NCBI GenBank assembly: GCA_963675745.2
Contig: CAXXWX010000026.1
Location: forward strand, 160,001 to 224,000
DNA: 64,000 nt
Origin: Phycisphaerae bacterium
GTDB taxonomy: Bacteria; Planctomycetota; Phycisphaerae; UBA1845; Fen-1342
Reading direction: 5' to 3'
Each line of letters begins with the position of its first letter. Positions within the stretch are counted from its first letter, which is position 1. The notes under the pieces are model-generated. The model saw only the letters and a list, made by a program, of their open reading frames with translations. It did no database searches and was not told the DNA's origin. Below are positions 39,055-48,444 of this stretch, in pieces. The position numbers and the translations under genes are program-made.

Positions 39055-40854
39055 GTGAACGTGATGAATCGAGCTGGCCAATCGGCGTGGATGTTGTGCG
39101 TGGCGTTCCTGATCGCGCCAGCGGCCGCCGCTGATACGGTCGACGTTTGGCTCACACGGGGCGACCAGGTCAGCTTGCTTGAACAGCGGCCCGCACTCGC
39201 CTGGCAATCCGGTGACGGTACCCACAGCACCAAAATCCACGTCGATCCAAACGTCACCTATCAGACCATCGACGGCTTCGGCGCATCCGTGACCGACTCG
39301 TCGGCATGGCTGATTCAATATGAATTGAACTCCGCCCAGCGCAATGCGCTGATGGACGCGCTGTTCGCGCGCGACACCGGCATCGGCATCAGCTTTCTCC
39401 GTGTGCCCATGGGCGCGTCTGACTTCGCACTCAGCGCGTATACCTACGACGACATGCCGGCCGGTCAGACTGACCCCACGCTGGCCAATTTCTCGATCTC
39501 CCACGACGAAACCTACATCATCCCGACGCTGCTCGATGCGGCCGGCCGTACCGACGAGCTGAAGATCATCGCGTCGCCGTGGAGCCCACCGGCGTGGATG
39601 AAGAACACGCAAAGCCTGTGGGGTGGCTCGCTGGAGTCGCAGTACTACGCCCCCTACGCGCAGTATTTCGTGCGGTTCGTCGAGGGCTATCAGGCCGCCG
39701 GCGTACCGATCTACGCCGTCACCCCGCAGAACGAGCCGCTGAACGACACCACGTCGATGCCGGCGGCCACGATGCAGACCTATCAGCAGAGCGCATTCGT
39801 CGGCGACCATCTGGGACCGGCGTTTGCGACGGCTGCCATCAGCACAAAGATCATCGCCTTTGACCACAACTGGTCCGATTGGAATTACCCGGTGGTTGTG
39901 CTCAACGACGCCGAGGCCGGGCCGTTTATCGCCGGCGCGGCGTTTCACGGCTATGCCGGCGACGTGTCGCAGCAGTCGACGTTTCACACGTTTCATCCGG
40001 ACGCCGAGGTCCACTTCACGGAAATCACCGGCGGCGACTGGGCCACGAACTTTGCCGACAATCTCATGTGGGGGCTGCGCAACATCATCATCGGCGCGAC
40101 GCGCAACTGGTCGCGCAGCGCGCTCTTCTGGAACATCGCCCTGGATCAGAATCACGGCCCGCGCATCGGCGGTTGTTCCGACTGCCGCGGCGTTGTCACA
40201 ATAGACACCGGCAGCGGTGATGTGACATACGAGGTCGAGTATTACATCATCGGGCACGCCAGCAAGTTCGTGCGGCCGGGCGCGGTGCGGATCGACTCGG
40301 ATTCGCTGACGGACACCGTCGAGACGGCCGCTTTTGTGAATGTCGATGGCTCGAAGGTGCTGATCGCGGTCAACCCGCAGTCGAGCTCGCGCTGGTTCGA
40401 TGTCGTGGTCAACGACCAGTCCTTCGCCTATCGCTTGACCGGCAAGTCCGTCGCCACGTTCGTCTGGGGTGTGATCGTTCCGGGCGATTTCGACTCCGAC
40501 GGGAGCGCCGATTTCGACGATGTGGATGACGGGAGTCAGGGCAACGCCAACAGCCTGTTCGATTATCTCGGCCAGGCGCCGCCGGCACCTGTCCACGATC
40601 TCGACCCAAACGGCGCGTCGGCCGGGTTGATCGACACGGCGGATCTGACGGCGTTGGTCGAGGGGATCATCGGATCGGTGCTCGGCGACCTGACGCGCGA
40701 CTACGTAGCCGACTTCGCCGACTTCCAACTCCTCGCGCCCAACATGGGCACCGCCGGCGGCTATTTCGCGGGCGACCTGAACGCCTCACTGGCAATCGAC
40801 ATCACCGACTACGCATTGATGCAAACAAGAGTCGGCACCGGAACTCGTCGATAG
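39055..40854 (+). CDS. GH30 glycoside hydrolase (glucosylceramidase/endo-beta-1,6-glucanase-like) with dockerin-like tail
   Basis: YQTIDGFGAS, LRVPMGASDF, ASPWSPPAWMK, TPQNEP, FDHNW, FTE and GHASKFVRPGAVRI. Confidence 0.93.
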   Translation: MNVMNRAGQSAWMLCVAFLIAPAAAADTVDVWLTRGDQVSLLEQRPALAWQSGDGTHSTKIHVDPNVTYQTIDGFGASVTDSSAWLIQYELNSAQRNALMDALFARDTGIGISFLRVPMGASDFALSAYTYDDMPAGQTDPTLANFSISHDETYIIPTLLDAAGRTDELKIIASPWSPPAWMKNTQSLWGGSLESQYYAPYAQYFVRFVEGYQAAGVPIYAVTPQNEPLNDTTSMPAATMQTYQQSAFVGDHLGPAFATAAISTKIIAFDHNWSDWNYPVVVLNDAEAGPFIAGAAFHGYAGDVSQQSTFHTFHPDAEVHFTEITGGDWATNFADNLMWGLRNIIIGATRNWSRSALFWNIALDQNHGPRIGGCSDCRGVVTIDTGSGDVTYEVEYYIIGHASKFVRPGAVRIDSDSLTDTVETAAFVNVDGSKVLIAVNPQSSSRWFDVVVNDQSFAYRLTGKSVATFVWGVIVPGDFDSDGSADFDDVDDGSQGNANSLFDYLGQAPPAPVHDLDPNGASAGLIDTADLTALVEGIIGSVLGDLTRDYVADFADFQLLAPNMGTAGGYFAGDLNASLAIDITDYALMQTRVGTGTRR

Positions 40855-40982
40855 CCACAGCTCGCTTTCCTGCGTGCAGGAACCGGTACCGTGAACACCG
40901 TGGCCTGTCAGAATCACACGTCGTTCAGGCCGAGCGCGGGAACTAATAGTCGTAACAAGTGCCGAGCCTACCGCTGATCAGC

Positions 40983-41942
40983 TCAGCAGATGTGTTGCCG
41001 ATCCACTGCTGAAAGCGGCCCGAGCTCAGACGCAGCGCCGTTATCGAGAACCTGCTCCGGCGTCTTCGCACCTGGTATGACTGTCTGGCACGCGGGGTGT
41101 GTCAGGCAGAAACGCAGGCTGACCTGCGACATCGTCTCGTCAGGATGCGCGTCGAATAGCGGCTGGTGGGCTTCGAGCCGCGTGAGGTAGTCGTCCAGTT
41201 TCTCTGCCGACAGATTCATGCGGCGGTGGTCGTCCGGCCCAAACGTACTCTGGCGCGTGAACTTGCCGGTGAGCAGACCAAAGAGCAACGGAATGCGGAC
41301 GATCACGCCGATGCCGTACTCAACGGCCTTGGGGAAGAGGACATCTTCGGCAGCGCGCTCCAGCAGGTTGTAGCGGACCTGGATGCAGTCGAGCAGGTCG
41401 TGGTGCGCATCGAGCTGTTCGGCTTGTTCGGTTTCCCTGAACGACTGGATGCTCAGGCCGATGTGCAGGATCTTGCCCTGCCGCCTGAGCTTCTCCAGCG
41501 CCGCCCAGGGCTCATCGCGGCGCAGGAGTTCGGTGTCGGGACTGTGCAGTTGGAGAATGTCGAGTGCCTCGACTTGCAGACGCCGAAGACTCTGCTCAGC
41601 GGCAAAGACGAGGTACTTTGCGTCGTAATTCGGACGGATCGGACCGTAGCCGGCGTCGTCTTTGTCATCTGCGTTGTAAAAATCGTTGCCTGCCTTCGTG
41701 GCGATGATCACGTCGCGTTTGCCGCGTTCCTTCAATACTCCGGCGATCAACTCCTCGGAATGCCCGAAGCCGTACACATCGGCGGTGTCCAGCAGCGTAA
41801 CGCCCTGGTCGAGAGCGGTGTGCAGCGCGCGGCGCGAGACATCGTCGTCAGTCGGCCCCCAATTGGCGCCGCCAATGGCCCAGGCACCAAAACCGACGGT
41901 GGAGACCATGGGACCACGATTGCCGAGTTGCTTGTTTTGCAT
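40983..41942 (-). CDS. aldo/keto reductase
   Basis: GFGAWAIGG, DTADVYG, ATKAG, SLRRL..LDILQLH and IPGAK. Confidence 0.95.
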   Translation of the reverse strand: MQNKQLGNRGPMVSTVGFGAWAIGGANWGPTDDDVSRRALHTALDQGVTLLDTADVYGFGHSEELIAGVLKERGKRDVIIATKAGNDFYNADDKDDAGYGPIRPNYDAKYLVFAAEQSLRRLQVEALDILQLHSPDTELLRRDEPWAALEKLRRQGKILHIGLSIQSFRETEQAEQLDAHHDLLDCIQVRYNLLERAAEDVLFPKAVEYGIGVIVRIPLLFGLLTGKFTRQSTFGPDDHRRMNLSAEKLDDYLTRLEAHQPLFDAHPDETMSQVSLRFCLTHPACQTVIPGAKTPEQVLDNGAASELGPLSAVDRQHIC

Positions 41943-42013
41943 GGCGTTTCTCCTCGCCGGTGATTGCTCGGAAGCGCTCTGCGTGGCCTGCCACTGTCCA
42001 AGACCAGCGGCAC

Positions 42014-44837
42014 TCAGTCTCTCTTTGCGACGTCCGGAGCCGGAAGCACGGTGAACGATCCGCTCGCGCTGTGATCACCACATGTGACGGTCGCCGTGTA
42101 TTCGCCCGCCGGCACGAAACGAACCTGGCCGAGATCGCTGTCCGGATGACCCATGCGCTCGTGCTCATCGGCCTGCAAGTCCCAGATCACGCGGTTCAAA
42201 CCGGGGCGGCCGGCGCCCGTGAGCGTGCGCACCGTGCGCCCGGTGGAGTTCTCAATCGTCACGGACACGTCGTCATCGACTCGATCGCGGAGCCAGTACG
42301 TGATATAGGCGCCCATCGGCGGGTTTGACGCCGTGAACATCTGGTCGCCCCACAGCCCTTCATACGGCAGATACTGCCGGGGTCGCGCGTCGAGGATTCG
42401 GAACAGGTGCAGTTTGGCGTCAAGCACGTCCGGCGTAAGCTCCGACAGCGGCGAAGCGTCGTCGAGCACATAGATCGAGCGTCCGTGCGTGCCGACCACA
42501 AGGTCGCGCTCGCGCGGGTGCTGGAGAGAGATCGTCAACGGCGACGGTCGGCAGCGACTCACCATTCAGCTTTGTCCAATGGCCGCCGCGGTCGATCGAA
42601 ACGTACGCCGCCTGCTCCGTGCCGCAGTAGAGCACGTTCGGATTGGCGCGGTCCTCGCGAATGACCTTGACCGGCCAGCCGTCACGCAAATCGCCGGCGA
42701 CCGAGCGCCAGGTTGTGCCGCCATCCACCGTGACCAGCGCGCGCGGCTTGAAATCATCGCTGCGGTGGCCGTCGATGGAGACATAGGCGGTCTGCCGGTC
42801 GTGATGCGACGGTTCGATCCGCGAGATGTACAGACCGCCGGCTTCCGGCGGCGTCACGTCGCGCCATGTCCCGCCGCCATCCTCCGTAACATGGATCAGG
42901 CCATCATCGGTGCCGGCCCACAGCAGCCCCTTTACGAGCGGCGACTCAGCCAGCGCGACCACTGTGCCATAGGTCTCGGCGTCGGACCCGACGGTCGTGA
43001 TCTTGTCGACCTCCGCGCGCGACAGGTCGTCGCTGATCCGCTCCCAGCGATCACCGCGTTCACTAAGCCTGAACACGTGGTTCCCGCCGAGATAGAGCAC
43101 GGTCGGGTCGTGCGGCGAGACAAAGAAGGGGCTGTTCCAGTTGAAGCGGAAGCGCGGCTGGCCTTCTTTCGGGGCCGGCTTGATACGCTTGCGCTGGCCG
43201 GTGTCGAGATGCACGCGCACCAGCTCGCCGCCCTGCGATTCCGCGTAGACGATATGCGGGTCAACCGGATCAAACGCGACGTGAAAGCCGTCGCCATCAT
43301 TGATGAAAGACCAGTCGCGGTTGGTGATGCCGATGCCCTCGGTGCTGATCGTGTCGCCGCCGGACTGCCAGATCGTCTCGCTGGGCCCGATCCAGCTTCC
43401 GTTGTCCTGGAGCCCGCCGCCGATGCGGTACGGGTCGGTCATGTCGATGGCGATGTTGTAGAACTCGCCGACCGCCAGATGGTTGAGATAGTCCCACGTA
43501 GACCCGCGATCGTGCGAGATATAGATGCCGCCGTCGGTGCCCATCAGCAGGTGGTCGCTGTCGTCCGGGTCGATCACAAACGCGTGCATGTCCACGTGCG
43601 GCTTGCGGGCGGTACGGCGGAAGTTGCGGCCCCCGTCATCCGAGACGTACAGCGTCCAGCCGAGCAGGTAGATACGCTGGTCATCGCTTGGATCAACGCG
43701 GACCCGCGAGAAATAGAACGCGCGCGGGTTGAGGTCGCCCATCCGCGTCCAACTCTCACCGCGATCCTCGCTGCGGAACACGCCGCCCGACGTGCTGTAG
43801 CTATCGAACGTACCGGGGCCCCAGCCGCCATGGTCTGACTCAACGACGGCGTAGACGATCCGCGGATCAGTGGCGTAAATGTCAAGGCCGATGCGACCTG
43901 TCTGTGGCGGGAGGCCGTTGGTCAGCTTGGTCCAGTTCGCGCCGGCGTCGGTCGAGCGGTAAATGCCCCCCTCCTGCCCACCACTTTGAAAGCTGTAGGC
44001 GCTCCGTCGGCGGGTGTACATGCCGGCGTAAACGGTGTCGGGGTCCTTCGGATCGACAATCACGTCGCACGCGCCCGTGTTCTCGTTGACGTACAGCACC
44101 CGCTGCCACGACGCGCCCGCGTCGGTGGTCTTGTAGACGCCCCGTTCTTCGTTCGCGCCCCACAAGTGGCCCAGGGCGGCGACATAGCACGTGTCAGGGT
44201 CGCGCGGATCAACCGCCAGGCGCGGGATGTCGTGCGTATCGGCCAAGCCGAGGTGTGTGAACGAAGCGCCGCCGTCGGTCGAGCGATACGCGCCGTGCCC
44301 CCACGAGGAGCTATTGCGCCCATTGCCCTCGCCGGTGCCGACCCAGACGATCTTGGCGCGGCCACGATCCGCATCGGGCTGTTCGGTGTTTTCGTCAGCC
44401 TGCTCCTGCGCCCAACCGGGCCAGTCCGGCGGCGCGTCAGCCACCACCACAGACCCGATGGAGGCGGTTTCGTAATTGTCAAAGACTGGCGCAAAGGTCG
44501 TGCCGGCGTTGATAGTCTTGAACAGCCCGCCGGTGGCGAACCCGACGTAAAACGCCTTCGGGTTACCCGGCGCCAGGGCGATGTCGGCCACGCGTCCGCT
44601 CATATTCGCCGGGCCGACGCTGCGCCATGAGAGGGCCTTCAAGTCATCCTCGCGCAGCGCTCGGCGCGCGGGCTGCGGATCAGGCTCCGACACATGGGCC
44701 ACCGCGACCGGGCCCGGCTCCGCCGTCGGCGCATCAACAACCACCTGTCCGGCCGCCGCAGCGCGGGGCGCGCCGCATCCCGCCACGGCACAGAGCAGCA
44801 AACCCTGAGTCAAGTATTTGCGAACCGTAGGCAACAT
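42014..44837 (-). CDS. VPS10/BNR-repeat beta-propeller glycosyl hydrolase-like lipoprotein; frameshift near 42525
   Basis: WRSVGPANMSGR, many Asp-boxes, GGLQDNGSW, RFNWNSP and GTDDG. The conserved ...HPRERDLVVGTHGRSIY continues in another frame (track ORF 42014-42565). Confidence 0.85.
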
Positions 44838-44985
44838 GGTGAATCTCCCGGTCGGCCGGTCCTGGCTAAATGTCGGCGTCGTGAGTTCACACGCTACGCC
44901 AACGCGACCACGCTCGCAAGCACCCGCCAGTGACGGACGCGCCGAATAGCGATACCGCTGATCGCCTTGCCCGGGCTGCCCTTAT

Positions 44986-47016
44986 TCAACGCTCCTCCGC
45001 CGCCTGTTTCAACAGCCGCTGGTGGAAGGCGTGCATCTGGCGGAAGCGATGCAATAAGTGTTGTCCCGTGTGATTAAGATCCGCCTTGTACGGATCATCG
45101 GCAAACCGATTGCGATTCCAATCCGCCTCAAGCCACTCGATGGCCTGGACACAGCCGCTATCCAGTTCCCGCAGGAGCGTTTGATTCAATCTCCCATCAC
45201 GCCGCACTTCAGCACTGGCCATGAAGTGCTGGAGCGTATACGCAAGAATGTCGGCCGAGTGCTCGATCGCATCCCAGGCAACGCGATTACGTTTGATGTC
45301 GGCCCGGATGCGCTCGAACCGGCCACGAACGTGCTCGAGCGCGGACAGGTGCCGCAGTGCCGCCGCTCCCAGGGCCCCGCCGGCCTCTTCCTGCGCGGCG
45401 GCCAACGTCTCATCGTCGATCCAGCAGCTTGTTTTGAACTGCTTCAGCGGCCAATCGATCCGACATAGCTCCTGCCAGGCGCCGGCCAACTCAGCTCCTT
45501 GCGCCGAGTCGAACTGCTCACGCGCAAAGCCGCGGTAGAACGCCGCCTCGTCCCAGTTGCTGCCCGCCCAGGCATAGGCGGCTGCGTAGGCGATTCCCGG
45601 CCACAGCACGTCACTCATGTAGCGCGTGGGGATCCAGATCGTCGTGTTCACGCCGCGCGCGTCATGTACTCGCGCGATATCGGCGAAGCGACGGATGTTC
45701 TCGTAGCGGGCTTCCGAAGGCAGGATCATGTGCGGATAGCACATCAGCGCCGGACAGGCGACGACCTCGAAGCCCAATTGCTTGAAGTAGATCAGTGAGT
45801 CCTCCGACACATTCGGCCCGTAGTGCCAGTCATAGATCACCACCCCGGTTCGAGGGAGGCGTTCCGCAATCCGGCGGTGCTGCAAGAGCATGTCACCCCA
45901 AAGCGCCGTGCGGCGATCGTGGCCCGCTGCGAGGTCGCGACAGCGCAACACGTGCTTCAGAAACCAGTCCGCGTGTGAGATTCCCGGGAACCTGGCTTCA
46001 CAGCGCGCGCAGGCCGTCATGTCCACCTCATCGCAGCCGATGTGCAACTCGGGATACGGGAACGAGTCCGCCGCGCGGGCGTACATCTTCTTCAGGTACT
46101 CATAGGTCTTCGCGCTCGCGGGGCACAGGACATTCGTGTACCCGGGCTGATCCGTACCGGTCCAGCTTCCGGCGGGCTTGTTCTCTGTAGTCTGATGCAG
46201 GATGTCCCGGGCTTCCGGATGCCGCAGAAACACGCGCGCGTGTCCGAGAGATTCAATCTCCGGGATCAGCTCGATGTGATGACGCCTGGCGAGCAGGACC
46301 AGGGGGCGGAGTTGCTCGACGCGCCATGCCTGGGGATGTAACAGCGCGCCGTACTCTTCATTGTAGAGGCACACATTCTGGTCATCCGTCAGGTGCATGT
46401 GTAGCCGGTTTATCTTGCGGCGACCGCAGAAGCGGATCAGCCGCTCGTAGTAGTCGGCGTTCTCGTTGGCCCGGGCCGGGTCAACCATGATTCCCCGGTA
46501 CGCCAGGTCGGGCCAGTCGATGATCTCCCCACAGGGCAGATCTCCGTCTTTGTCGATGAACTGGCGCAGTGTCTGAATGCCGTAGAACACGCCGGCAGGC
46601 GTCCGACCCTGGATGAGCACGCCGCTCGCGCTGATCCGGATTCGATAGCCTTGGTCCTGGATGCTGCTCGCATATGCCGACGCGCTGTGAGGGAACTCGA
46701 CAGTCGCCATATCGAGCTGGATCGTAGGTCCATCATCCCCGACGAGGACCTGATGCTGATCGAGACACTCCCTCAAGATCCCTGCTTCATTGGCAAGCTC
46801 CGCGCGGGCCGGCCCGATGGCTACGCGATCGACGCGCACGTGGCCTGTGTCGGGCCGCCACTGCTTCACAAACGGCACCGCCGCCGAATCACCCGCAGCG
46901 GCAGCAAACCCTGTGAGAGCGAAAACCAGAGTGAGCCCCCACACGTGTATAAGCGAAGCCGTAGCGGACACGATTTCTCCGTGTAAATCAAACCTGCTGC
47001 TCATGTCACGTGCCAT
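44986..47016 (-). CDS. GH20 family beta-N-acetylhexosaminidase-like protein
   Basis: GH20 domain 2 (QGY.I.I, GVFYGIQTLRQ, IDWPDLAYRGIMVD), IPEIESLGH, catalytic HIGCDE and WGDM. Start uncertain. Confidence 0.9.
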   Translation of the reverse strand: MARDMSSRFDLHGEIVSATASLIHVWGLTLVFALTGFAAAAGDSAAVPFVKQWRPDTGHVRVDRVAIGPARAELANEAGILRECLDQHQVLVGDDGPTIQLDMATVEFPHSASAYASSIQDQGYRIRISASGVLIQGRTPAGVFYGIQTLRQFIDKDGDLPCGEIIDWPDLAYRGIMVDPARANENADYYERLIRFCGRRKINRLHMHLTDDQNVCLYNEEYGALLHPQAWRVEQLRPLVLLARRHHIELIPEIESLGHARVFLRHPEARDILHQTTENKPAGSWTGTDQPGYTNVLCPASAKTYEYLKKMYARAADSFPYPELHIGCDEVDMTACARCEARFPGISHADWFLKHVLRCRDLAAGHDRRTALWGDMLLQHRRIAERLPRTGVVIYDWHYGPNVSEDSLIYFKQLGFEVVACPALMCYPHMILPSEARYENIRRFADIARVHDARGVNTTIWIPTRYMSDVLWPGIAYAAAYAWAGSNWDEAAFYRGFAREQFDSAQGAELAGAWQELCRIDWPLKQFKTSCWIDDETLAAAQEEAGGALGAAALRHLSALEHVRGRFERIRADIKRNRVAWDAIEHSADILAYTLQHFMASAEVRRDGRLNQTLLRELDSGCVQAIEWLEADWNRNRFADDPYKADLNHTGQHLLHRFRQMHAFHQRLLKQAAEER

Positions 47017-47115
47017 GCAACAACATCACGCCACACTGCGCAGCGCGTGTCAAGCCGTTGGCAGGTCGCGACCACCGTGCGCGCCCCTTCACGCGCAGCC
47101 GCGTGCAGCGCGTGA

Positions 47116-48087
47116 CTATTCGCTTCCCGAGACCGCCTGGTGCCCGGCCGCGTTGATCTGTGTTCGGCGAACGCTCTCGCCCAGGTTGGCGGCCGGCCTG
47201 CGCGGCACCGGGCCTGGTTTCGTCGGGTGCATGTATAGCTCAAACCAGTGCTCGGCGTACATCCGTACGACATCCAACGGCAGGTTATGGCCGAAGCCCT
47301 CGTAGATCACGAGCCGCAGCCGCTCGGTGTCGCCGGCGTAATACGGCCGGGCGGCGTCAACAAACGCCCGTGCTGTCGCCGGGTCCACGATCGTGTCCTG
47401 CCCGCCACTGACCATGAGCACCGCCGTCGGATACAGCGTATCAACGTGCAGGATCGGGTCGCACTCGCGCAGCAGCGCGTCGGTCTCGGGCCAAAGGGTG
47501 AGCGTTTGGCCTTGCCACAGCCCGTTCGTGTGCCATGTATCGAACCACTGCCGATAGGCGCCGCTGCTTACAAACGCCACAATCGCGGCCAATCGAGGTT
47601 CGCGCGTCGCCACGGCCAGCCCGGGAATCCCCGTCGATGAGCTGCCCAGCCAGCCGATCTTCTCCGGGTGAACGTCGCCCCGCGCGATCAGATAGTCAAT
47701 CACGCGACCGGCGTCGGTCGGCGCCCGCGCGCCGCTGAGCGTGTATCCGTGCGCGAAGCGCTGGTCGAAGAAGAGCCATTGCGGGCGCCGCTGTGGGTCT
47801 GGGTCGGGAGGGTGCTGCACGGTAAACGCCACAAGCATGTAGCCGCGCGCCGCCAGCCCGGTGCTCCACGCGGGCAGCTCCACCGGGTCCAACGTGCCGA
47901 GCATCAGGATCGCCGGATGCCGTTCGACAACGCCCGGCACGAATGCAAGGTTCAGCGTCGCAGCCGGTCCGCCCTCATTGAGCGTGACTCGCTCAAAATG
48001 CACTCGGTTCTGTGCCGCGCAGCCAAGCACGCAGACAACGCACGCGAGCGCAGTTGCCAGTCGAGTCAAGGATCCCATCCAGCGCAT
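47116..48087 (-). CDS. alpha/beta hydrolase (S9/dienelactone-hydrolase-like) lipoprotein
   Basis: Lipobox VLGC, nucleophile elbow GWLGSSSTG, GGQDTIV and GFGH. Confidence 0.75.
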   Translation of the reverse strand: MRWMGSLTRLATALACVVCVLGCAAQNRVHFERVTLNEGGPAATLNLAFVPGVVERHPAILMLGTLDPVELPAWSTGLAARGYMLVAFTVQHPPDPDPQRRPQWLFFDQRFAHGYTLSGARAPTDAGRVIDYLIARGDVHPEKIGWLGSSSTGIPGLAVATREPRLAAIVAFVSSGAYRQWFDTWHTNGLWQGQTLTLWPETDALLRECDPILHVDTLYPTAVLMVSGGQDTIVDPATARAFVDAARPYYAGDTERLRLVIYEGFGHNLPLDVVRMYAEHWFELYMHPTKPGPVPRRPAANLGESVRRTQINAAGHQAVSGSE

Positions 48088-48444
48088 GCCTCCCTGCGGC
48101 AGAGCTCCACGATGTCACGCTCCCCAGCCAACACCGTACCCGGGCGCACCTGCAGGCTCAACCTGGTTCACGCCGGACCGGCACTGCGGATCGTCCTCGG
48201 GATGCGGCGCTGTGATCACGCCGCACGCCATCGCGTGCAGCGTTTGGCCGTCAACCGATCCCGGTGTGGATCGCATACCTCGGCAATGCGGATTAGAATC
48301 AGGTCAAAGACGCGTCCGCAACATCCCGTTAGCTGAGCGCTTCCTGATCGCGTACTGCGCGAAGCTGGCGGGAATCGAGAGCTCTTGATGGATTCGCTGC
48401 CGCCGGTCATGGTGGCGCGCCGCGCGGCGAGTGGAGACGACCGG

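Noticed and set aside
40947..40959. agtcgtaacaag resembles the conserved 16S rRNA 3' motif
   Set aside because: Only about 12 nt match and there is no surrounding rRNA sequence, so it is a chance match.
3440..42535. Programmed frameshifting as an explanation for the broken ALDH, adhesin and VPS10 genes
   Set aside because: No canonical slippery sites were seen, and indels occur in unrelated genes and cluster in repeats, which fits assembly error or decay better.
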